Made by a program: the position numbers and the translations under genes. Shown here one piece after another: positions 23,612 to 31,095 of a stretch of DNA of 64,000 nt. This stretch comes from Syntrophobacter sp. SbD2 (GTDB taxonomy: Bacteria; Desulfobacterota; Binatia; UBA9968): NCBI GenBank assembly GCA_945889495.1, contig CAMDBU010000006.1:506-64505 (forward strand). The letters run 5' to 3'. Each line of letters opens with the position of its first letter. Within the stretch, counting starts at the first letter, position 1. The notes below the pieces were generated by a model. It saw nothing but the letters and a program-made list of their open reading frames with translations. It did no database searches and was not told where the DNA came from.

Positions 23612-24178
23612 ATGGCGCAAGCACGTACACTGAAGGAAAAAGAACTCAAACAACTACTGCAATTTATTGCTTTTCGCAAACACGCATTACGGAACCGCTG
23701 TATGTTGCTGATTACGCATTGGGCTGGAATGCGGGTTGGAGAAGTGGCTGCACTGCAATACTCAGATGTGCTGGCAGCAGACGGCAGCATACTTGCCGAA
23801 ATACGTTTGGCAGCAGATCAGACTAAAGGCGACAAAGCACGTGTTGTGTATGTGGCAGAAAAACTACGCAAAGAACTGCTGAACTATGTTCGCACTTACC
23901 CGCAGACTAACCCAACACGCCCCTTGTTTTACACGCAGAAACGCGACCACTTCACAGCAAACACTTTGGCACAGCACTTTTTCTGGTTGTACAAGGCGGC
24001 AGGGCTAAATGGTGCTTCGTCACATTCTGGCCGAAGGACTTTCATCACTACTTTGGCAAACAAGGGGGTCAGTGTGCGGTTACTGCAAGCTCTTGCTGGT
24101 CACCGTTCAATTACCACTACCCAAGTGTATATCGACGTAAATGACGCGATGAAGCGAGCGGCGGTGGAACTGGTGTGA
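23612..24178 (+). CDS. short tyrosine recombinase (catalytic domain only, phage-integrase family)
   Basis: 188 aa; R...HSGRRTF...LAGHRSITTTQVY (R-HxxR-Y catalytic residues). Confidence 0.75.
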   Translation: MAQARTLKEKELKQLLQFIAFRKHALRNRCMLLITHWAGMRVGEVAALQYSDVLAADGSILAEIRLAADQTKGDKARVVYVAEKLRKELLNYVRTYPQTNPTRPLFYTQKRDHFTANTLAQHFFWLYKAAGLNGASSHSGRRTFITTLANKGVSVRLLQALAGHRSITTTQVYIDVNDAMKRAAVELV

Positions 24179-24312
24179 GTGTCGTTTTGAAAGACACTTA
24201 TGCACGGACTGCTGTGGAATCAGGCTAAAACTTCGGTGTGGGAGTTTTGCTGCTGCAATCTTGTTGAGATTGCTGCAACCGTCCAGCAACGAGACGGTTG
24301 CACTTCGAAACA

Positions 24313-25020
24313 TTATTTCTTTTTGCTGGGAACCACAGACAAACCGCACTGCGCTGATTTCGCAACAGTAGGTAGGGGCGGCAGTGCCAAGCCGTTACGA
24401 GCCAAGTAGATGAGTTCATCCAGCTTGTTCATGTAATCGCGCAAGTCGCCTGTTGACTCCACCAGTTGCAAACAGTACAGAGCCTGCTGATCCGACAAAT
24501 GAACGTCTTCGCTCTGCAGAATTAATTGCGCTCTAGTTAGAACTTGACGTGCGCTCAAAGCAGGGAAATTTATCAGGCCACAGCGCGAACGCAGACTTTT
24601 GTGAATGTTCATCGCATCGTTGGTCGTGACAATCAACATGACTCTGTCCTGCACGGCATCAAGCGCTTTCCAAAAATTGGCGAAATCCCCTTTTAGGGTA
24701 TCTAGTTCCTCCGCCACGATAAACAATTTCTCTCCCTCCTCAAGAAATATAACGGAGGTCGCGCTCTGTAAATAAGTACGTAGATTTTTCATGCGCACGA
24801 GTTCTTCCATGTCTTTGTGTTCAATTCGTGCGTGTGCGCCGCCGATAGCCACTGGCAGTAAACGCGCCGCTGTACTTTTTCCAGTACCGTTCGGCCCCCA
24901 AAGCAAGATGTTTCCTTCAAGTGCCTTGTTTGCATAGGCGTCAATTCGGGTTTGCACAGCCAGGCTGGGGTAGATCACATCGCCAAGTGACTGGGGTGCG
25001 TATTTGATAGCGGTTTTCAT
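24313..25020 (-). CDS. clamp-loader-like (RFC/DnaX-type) AAA+ ATPase
   Basis: 235 aa; KYAPQSLGDVI...LLWGPNGTGKST (RFC box II/III), Walker B IFLEEGE, SRC arginine-finger motif LRSRCGLINF. Confidence 0.7.
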   Translation of the reverse strand: MKTAIKYAPQSLGDVIYPSLAVQTRIDAYANKALEGNILLWGPNGTGKSTAARLLPVAIGGAHARIEHKDMEELVRMKNLRTYLQSATSVIFLEEGEKLFIVAEELDTLKGDFANFWKALDAVQDRVMLIVTTNDAMNIHKSLRSRCGLINFPALSARQVLTRAQLILQSEDVHLSDQQALYCLQLVESTGDLRDYMNKLDELIYLARNGLALPPLPTVAKSAQCGLSVVPSKKK

Positions 25021-25092
25021 GTTTTGTGTTCCTTTGTGTAGTGGTTTTTTTTGTGTATGTCGAAAAGGGGAGTTCCCTCCCCCTTTCGGTCA

Positions 25093-25878
25093 TTAAGCTA
25101 CTTTTGCGAAAACATCCGCGTTGGCCGCCATCCCCAACAAATCGCTAGCCTCTTTGTTGAGCGCCTGATCTGCATCTTTTTGACCAGCGCGAACTTTTGC
25201 CATGCGTATCAGCAGTGCCTGAACGAGAGCTTCGTTGATGTCGGACAAAACACCCACAATAGAAACCATGCCGTCTGGTGCAGGTTTAGCCAGCAAAACA
25301 GCGTAATCCCCAGTGACGCCCGCCAGCGACAGCGTTGCCAATGGAGTAATTGTCGCTAGTTCCACGTTCGCTTTGACTTCGCCAGTAGCCGAAACAATCG
25401 CAGCACGTTTCGCCTGTGCCGCTTCTGACACCACCATATCGCGTTTGATTTCTTCGATGCCGCCTTGTTCTGCGATGTAAGCGGGCAGATCGTTAGCGGT
25501 GATAGCTTTAGAAATCGCCGCTTTGAGCACGTAGGCATAGCCATGCGCACGTTTGCGATCTGAGCTGAATACGAAACGCACGAACATCGTGAGTGTCGTC
25601 GTGTTGCTCTGCACTTTGACTCCATCCGCTGTAAGCCGCGCACAAAGCTCATTGCGCAGCGTCTTACGGCTGTTGCCATCAGCGTTTACGAACTTGTTTT
25701 GGAATACGTCCAAGCAGCCCGCAAGCAACGCGTACAGCCCATCATTAGCTTTCTTGTAGTCAGTTATTTCCCACTGCTGACGACGCTCAGACAGAGCGTC
25801 CAGAGACTGGACGATGCCATTTGCAATAATCATGTTGTCGTTCGACGGGGTAAAGGCGGTTTTGACAGATTTGCTCAT
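25093..25878 (-). CDS. hypothetical protein upstream of the AAA+ ATPase (likely start ATG 25876-25878 with GGAGA RBS)
   Basis: 262 aa; ORF track version starts 37 codons earlier. Confidence 0.5.
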   Translation of the reverse strand: MSKSVKTAFTPSNDNMIIANGIVQSLDALSERRQQWEITDYKKANDGLYALLAGCLDVFQNKFVNADGNSRKTLRNELCARLTADGVKVQSNTTTLTMFVRFVFSSDRKRAHGYAYVLKAAISKAITANDLPAYIAEQGGIEEIKRDMVVSEAAQAKRAAIVSATGEVKANVELATITPLATLSLAGVTGDYAVLLAKPAPDGMVSIVGVLSDINEALVQALLIRMAKVRAGQKDADQALNKEASDLLGMAANADVFAKVA

Positions 25879-26017
25879 TTTGATTCTCCGATTTAAAAGT
25901 CGGCGCGATGCTGGTGGCGGAATTGCCAGAAGTTGTATCGCGCTGACGAATAGGATTAGATCACTAAGAACTAATAAATCAGTCAACAACCAATAATCAG
26001 TTATTATCTGTAGACAT

Positions 26018-26953
26018 ATGAAAGAACAATTGCTTCCGTGGTACCTCCGTAGCGCGGATTTCTACAAACCGAACTGGCACACACGGCCTACGATTGGCTT
26101 TGAGTTGCTGTTTGAGTTTTTGCGGCTCAGCCCTAGCTATGAACTGGCCCGCAAAGCCAGCATGGAAGGGCTAAGCACTGCTGACCAGCTACTATTGCCG
26201 CCAGATTTTGAGCAGGTAAAAAACACCTATCAGCTCTTGGGCGATGTGCAAAAAATCTTGTTTCGGCAATGGTGGATCGCAAGAGGACTCAGCACCTTTG
26301 GCAATCCCTACGCACGCCCAAAATTGCACGCAGTCGCACAACTGGCAGGTGGGAAAGATATTTCGGCTGAAACCCTCGTAGGTAACTTCGAAAGTTACCT
26401 AGCTGGAGCGCGTCATGAGGAAGGGCTAGTGGATAGCGTGCTCATCGCAGTCCCTTTGGGCCTACGTCAATCAGAAATCCGCAGACAGATGTCCGCTATT
26501 CTTACTGCCTATTCAGGCCATGAGCAAAACTCACGGCAAAGTCCATTGATAAAATTGCAAGGCAAGCGGCTGCGATCAAAGGTGCTGTTCAATGGCCTAC
26601 GACTGCTTTGGTTTAAAGCTGCAAAACCCCAATGGGAACACTGGCGGCTGGGTGCTAAATCAAGATTCAGCGTCACCTATTCCAAAGAACTCAATCCTGC
26701 CAATCCCCGTAGAGTGGTCAGCACGCTGGAATCGTACGATAGAGAGATGATGACAAAAATCACCAATCGCGCGCTGAAGAAATTCGAATCCATTGCGGAG
26801 AACGCAGCAAGAGGGCGATTCCCTTCGCAAGACCCAGTCCATCCAGTAGATTTTCAGTATCCGTTTCTTGCCAAACGAATACAGCGCAAAAACACATGGG
26901 AACAAGAGGAGAAAGCACGGTTACTTGCGGCATTCCGCAGCCGTCGGCATTAG
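26018..26953 (+). CDS. hypothetical protein
   Basis: 311 aa ORF adjacent to integrase; no motif recognised. Confidence 0.5.
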   Translation: MKEQLLPWYLRSADFYKPNWHTRPTIGFELLFEFLRLSPSYELARKASMEGLSTADQLLLPPDFEQVKNTYQLLGDVQKILFRQWWIARGLSTFGNPYARPKLHAVAQLAGGKDISAETLVGNFESYLAGARHEEGLVDSVLIAVPLGLRQSEIRRQMSAILTAYSGHEQNSRQSPLIKLQGKRLRSKVLFNGLRLLWFKAAKPQWEHWRLGAKSRFSVTYSKELNPANPRRVVSTLESYDREMMTKITNRALKKFESIAENAARGRFPSQDPVHPVDFQYPFLAKRIQRKNTWEQEEKARLLAAFRSRRH

Positions 26954-27101
26954 TGCAAGACCGTCCCGTTGCTGGACGCTTGCTGAACGTAACAGCCCAG
27001 CACGACCCAGCCCACTCACGTATTCGCCCCTATTTCACCGTCGGTTCGGCGGTGATTTTGGTTTGGTGCTGCCGCAGAGGGCTGTCGTGCAAATCCGAAA
27101 C

Positions 27102-28370
27102 TCAGGCTTTCTGCCGCTTCTTCGTCGGTTTCATCGACTGCAATTTAGCCACGTTCATTTCGTTCTGGTAATGACTGCCGTAGAAACGTGTGATCATTTC
27201 CGCGCTAGTTCTGGCATTTTGCGCCAACGTATTCCAGTCGATGTTGTCGCCCTTAGTAATCCGAAACATGATTGCTGTGTGACGCAGGCTATACAACGTG
27301 CGCACCGTACTTTTCGCATCCAGTCGCAAATCAGTCACTTCTAGCAAGTGGTAAAACAGTCGCACCAGCTGTACGTAAGCGTAGTCTCTGTTGCGATGCT
27401 CTGGCATAAACACGTAATCGTCGTCTTTAGCCAATTTCCGTTCAGCTTGATATTCTCGTTGCCGTTCATACACTTCAACGGCGATGGGCATACTGATGAA
27501 GGGCTTGTTGTGCTTTTTGGTGGTTGGGGGTGACAAGCGCAAATACGTGTTGTCCTTTCGCACTACTGCCACATGCGAATGCTTCAGCACCTTAATATCT
27601 GATGGCCGCACGTAAGTGTTGACCATAAACAAGATCAAGTTATGCAACTCTTGTGTAAATCGCATCCGCCGCTCTGCCTTACCTTGCGCATTACGCACAA
27701 CGATCTCAGTGCCTACTAATGCCTTCGCTTTGTTATGCAGTTTCGTGTATTCCCAACTATTAAAATAACCACGCGGGTCATCTTCCATAGTGATGGTGGG
27801 AAACGCGGGTAAGTGCGGGATGATTTGCTTGCGGTGGGCGTGCTTTAACACTTTACGCAGCAGCGATTCGTGTAACTTAAGCGTTGCGACCTTCAGCCCT
27901 TTTTCCGTCAGCGTGTTTAAGTAAGTCTCTATAACCGTGTAATCAATCTGCCCCACATCGTATGTGCGGAAATACGGCAGCATGTGTACACGCAGACGGC
28001 TTTGTTCGTTGACGTTGATGCTTGCGCTGAGTTCCCCGCGCTTGATGCGTGACTCTTGCAACTTCAGCATCTCTTTCGCGCAAACCTCAAAGCGCGAATT
28101 TTTACCAATAACTAAACCACCCGTCTTACGCACAAGCAGCTCTTCGTAAAAGGCAATGGCTGCCTTAAACGCTTCGTTCTTCTTATCAGTTTTTGTAGTG
28201 CGTTTGAAAATTCTTCCGCTATCGTAAAAACGTGCCCAATAAAATGGGGAGGCGTCGATGCGGAATATGACTAGCTTGCTTGGATAATTCGGTACAGATT
28301 CAACAGTAGAGGGAATAGGAACTGTTCTGTGCCTACTAATTACCAAAGCTGTTTCATGCTTAGTATCCAT
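27102..28370 (-). CDS. int: tyrosine-type site-specific integrase (P4-like, ~420 aa)
   Basis: C-terminal LYSLRHTAIMF...Y catalytic box; N-terminal arm-binding-like region; located at element end next to tRNA-like att fragment. Confidence 0.88.
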   Translation of the reverse strand: MDTKHETALVISRHRTVPIPSTVESVPNYPSKLVIFRIDASPFYWARFYDSGRIFKRTTKTDKKNEAFKAAIAFYEELLVRKTGGLVIGKNSRFEVCAKEMLKLQESRIKRGELSASINVNEQSRLRVHMLPYFRTYDVGQIDYTVIETYLNTLTEKGLKVATLKLHESLLRKVLKHAHRKQIIPHLPAFPTITMEDDPRGYFNSWEYTKLHNKAKALVGTEIVVRNAQGKAERRMRFTQELHNLILFMVNTYVRPSDIKVLKHSHVAVVRKDNTYLRLSPPTTKKHNKPFISMPIAVEVYERQREYQAERKLAKDDDYVFMPEHRNRDYAYVQLVRLFYHLLEVTDLRLDAKSTVRTLYSLRHTAIMFRITKGDNIDWNTLAQNARTSAEMITRFYGSHYQNEMNVAKLQSMKPTKKRQKA

Positions 28371-28446
28371 GCTTGTAGTATAGCTTATACTATACTACAA
28401 AATCAACCACGTAAATTCCTAACTGATTGAATTTACGTGGTTTTTT

Positions 28447-28498
28447 TGGTGGAGACGAGGAGGATCGAACTCCCGACCTTCGCATTGCGAAAGCGAAG
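28447..28498 (-). tRNA. 3' half of a tRNA-Ala(CGC)-like sequence (CCA end, T-arm GGGAG-TTCGATC-CTCCT, acceptor 3' strand CGTCTCC with U70, A73 discriminator); fragment only, att-site derived, not a functional tRNA
   Basis: manual fold of reverse complement; no matching 5' half (no D-arm, no complementary acceptor strand) downstream. Confidence 0.6.
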
Positions 28499-29370
28499 CT
28501 CGGGAAATCAGCCAAGCCAAGAGCGGGCTGGAAAACGAACTCACCAGCCTACGCGGCGAGGTTCAACAAAAAGCCGCCGCGGTAGCCCAACAACAGGCAG
28601 CGATGGATGAGCTGGCGGCCAACTACCGGCACCAGGTGGAAGAGCTCGAAGCCAATCTCAGCGCCCATCAACAGGCCAGCGAACAGCGCCGCCGCGAAGT
28701 CGATCAAGCGCAGGCACAGATCGATCAATTGCACGGCCGGATCGCTGAGTTGCAAACCGAGTTGCAGCACGCCGAAGCGAACGCCAAGCGCGCCGCCACG
28801 CTCGAACAGCGCGCCGGCGCAAATTCCGCGCTTGAGCAAGCGCTGCGTAGCGAGATCGACCGGCTCATCGGCGAGGCTCAGGAACGCAATCAGATCTTGC
28901 AAGATCGCAACGAAGAATTGGTCAGAGTTAAAACCGATCTCGACGGCTTGACCGAGCGTTTCACCCAGCTGGAGTCCCAGGCGGTCCAAGCCGAAAAGAA
29001 CGCCGATGGTGAAACCGAGAGCATGCAGACGGAATATCAAGCCCAGCTGGCGCTGCTGCAAGCCGAGCTCAGCCAGAAGGAATGGGCGCTGGAAGAGCGC
29101 CAAGCGATCATCGCCGGCTTGGAGCAGGAACATCGCCACGAGCTCGAAGCCTTGCGCCAACAGTTGGCGGCCAAGGAGGTCGCGCTCACGCCCGCGCCAG
29201 GCGCCTTCGTGTTGGGCGATCCCAACCTGACCGACGAGCAGCGCGACAAACTCAAAAAGCTCGACGACATTGAGAGTGAATTACGCAATGGCGACGCCCT
29301 CGGCACTAGCCTGCTGAACCGCCGCCGTTGGCCCGGCGGCTTCGGGTCGAAACGCCGTTGGCGTTCCTAA
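28499..29370 (+). CDS. 3' portion of the interrupted giant coiled-coil gene (ORF track ATG at 28603)
   Basis: in-frame coiled-coil translation begins immediately after the AGCGAA repeat (…SEAREISQAKSGLENELTSLRGEVQQK…); repeats resemble those of 13332..16130. Confidence 0.7.
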
Positions 29371-29412
29371 GATCACAGCGAAATAAATCCAGCGGCAGAG
29401 CGAAGGACGACG

Positions 29413-30138
29413 ATGATACAAACAGAACGGGTAACCAGCGGCATCAAGGGTTTGGACCCATTGATCGAAGGCGGCTTTCCCAAGGGTCGATCGATTTTGG
29501 TGACCGGTGAGCCGGGCACCGGCAAGACCATCTTTGCCTTGCAGTTTCTCGCCGACGGGTTGGCGCGCGGCGAGAAAGCGATCTTCGTCACCGCCGACGA
29601 AGGACCGCTCGACGTGCTCGAACAAGCGGCTTCCATGGGCTGGGACTTCGAGCGCTATGTCGAGACCAAAGAGTTGGCAATCCTCAACGCCGGGACCTAT
29701 TTAAGTTCGCTGCCCGGCGCCGGCCGCGAGCGCCAGATCGATCTGCAAAAAGCGGTCAGCGATTTGGCCGCCTTCGTCAATCAAATCGGCGCCTCGCGCT
29801 TGGTCCTCGATCCGGCTGGGCCGTTCGTGCTGTTACGCGACAGCGCGGCGCGCATCCAGGATCAAACCCGGCTGTTGATTAAATTACTGCGCACCTCGAT
29901 GAATACCACCAATCTGCTCACTTCCTACGCCGTGCCGCGCACCGGCGAGCGCAGCATGCATGGCATCGAGGAATACATGGTCGCCGGCGCCATCGTGCTG
30001 GAAATGATCTGGCACAGCGAGGGCGGGCTCGGCCGCAGCTTGATCGTCGAAAAAATGCGCTGCACCAACGTCAAACCAACCCAACTCGAGTTCGACATCA
30101 TCAAAGGCGAGGGTCTGGTGATCCAACCGGCCAGTTAG
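29413..30138 (+). CDS. KaiC-like/RecA-superfamily single-domain ATPase 1
   Basis: 241 aa; Walker A GEPGTGKT, Walker B RLVLDP. Confidence 0.8.
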   Translation: MIQTERVTSGIKGLDPLIEGGFPKGRSILVTGEPGTGKTIFALQFLADGLARGEKAIFVTADEGPLDVLEQAASMGWDFERYVETKELAILNAGTYLSSLPGAGRERQIDLQKAVSDLAAFVNQIGASRLVLDPAGPFVLLRDSAARIQDQTRLLIKLLRTSMNTTNLLTSYAVPRTGERSMHGIEEYMVAGAIVLEMIWHSEGGLGRSLIVEKMRCTNVKPTQLEFDIIKGEGLVIQPAS

Positions 30139-30163
30139 CGCAGCATCGAAGAATCGCTTTCTA

Positions 30164-30946
30164 ATGAGTAACGAACCGATCTCCACCGGCATCGCCGGCC
30201 TCGATATTTTATTGCACGGCGGCTTTAGCCGCGGCCGCTCCTACTTATTTGCCGGCGAAGCCGGCAGCGGCAAGACCATCGCCTGTTTGCAATTTGTCGC
30301 CGCCCGGCTCAAAGCCGGCGACAAGGCGGTCTATGTCACGGTCGACGAGCGGCCGTCGGAAATTTTCGAAGCCGCCGCCGCCATCGGTTGGAACCTGCAA
30401 CCCTATATTCAAGACAAACAATTGATCGTCCTCGACGCCTCGCCCTACTTCGGCGCCCGCGGCGGCGGCGAAAAGGGCATCGATCCGCAAAAGATCGTCG
30501 CCGATCTCGGCAACTATGTCAGACGGCTGGGCGCGGCGCTGCTGATCATCGATCCGGTGACGCCGTTTAGCCTGCCGCCCGATGCCAGCAGTCCGGCCCA
30601 GGACCAGGCGCGCTCGCTGATCCAACTGGTGCAAACCCAGATCGGCGTCACCAACTTGCTCACCGCCCAGCGCGCTCCAGGCGGCGCGGAGCCCACCACC
30701 ATCGCCATCGAAGAACATTTGGCCAGCGGCGTGTTGATCTTCAAGTTGACCGAAACCGCGGATGGCTATGAGCGCAGCGTCACCATCAAGAAAATGCGCG
30801 GCGTCGCGGTCGCGCCGAAAAAATATCCGTTCACTCTGGAACAGGATCGCGGCATCGTCATCGACCTGCCCGATCACGCGCCGACCGCGCTAAGCAACCC
30901 AGCCCCGATGTTCGAATGCTTCGACCCGAGCAAGCCGAGTAACTAG
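30164..30946 (+). CDS. KaiC-like/RecA-superfamily single-domain ATPase 2
   Basis: 260 aa; Walker A GEAGSGKT, Walker B LLIIDP; 26-bp gap to upstream paralog. Confidence 0.8.
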   Translation: MSNEPISTGIAGLDILLHGGFSRGRSYLFAGEAGSGKTIACLQFVAARLKAGDKAVYVTVDERPSEIFEAAAAIGWNLQPYIQDKQLIVLDASPYFGARGGGEKGIDPQKIVADLGNYVRRLGAALLIIDPVTPFSLPPDASSPAQDQARSLIQLVQTQIGVTNLLTAQRAPGGAEPTTIAIEEHLASGVLIFKLTETADGYERSVTIKKMRGVAVAPKKYPFTLEQDRGIVIDLPDHAPTALSNPAPMFECFDPSKPSN

Positions 30947-31043
30947 CCAGCCGCGTCAATTAACTGGCGGCGCAATGCCGGAGCGCGGAGCCGGCGGCAA
31001 ATCTTGCGAATAACGCCGATTTCCCTTAGTTCCGACGGTTTTC

Positions 31044-31072
31044 TTGACAGCCCGCCGAACCATGCTTAACTT
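31044..31072 (+). promoter_or_regulatory. putative promoter of clpB: -35 TTGACA (31044-31049), 17-bp spacer, -10 TAACTT (31067-31072); RBS GGAGAA 31085-31090
   Basis: seen directly; sigma-32-like alternative (CCATGCTT) cannot be excluded. Confidence 0.4.
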
Positions 31073-31095
31073 CCCGCCAGCGGCGGAGAAATTAT

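Larger units (their letters stand above)
16125..28498. mobile_element. ~12.4-kb AT-rich integrative element (genomic island) inserted inside the coiled-coil gene; bounded by 6-bp direct repeat AGCGAA (16119-16124 / 28492-28497)
   Basis: abrupt GC drop; P4-like tyrosine integrase at right end; tRNA-like 3' fragment at right end; TGTAGTATAG arm-type repeats at both ends (16173-16182, 16185-16194, 28374-28383); flanking coding sequence re-joins in frame. Confidence 0.8.

Noticed and set aside
16125-28498. Interpreting the inserted element as a prophage
   Set aside because: It has no capsid, terminase, portal, tail or lysis genes. Its content is integrase, recombinase, H-NS, an AAA+ ATPase and membrane or secreted cargo, which fits a genomic island or integrative element better.
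28447-28520. Possibility that 28447..28498 is a complete functional tRNA gene
   Set aside because: There is no 5' half: no D-arm and no strand complementary to CGTCTCC. The downstream DNA is coiled-coil coding sequence.
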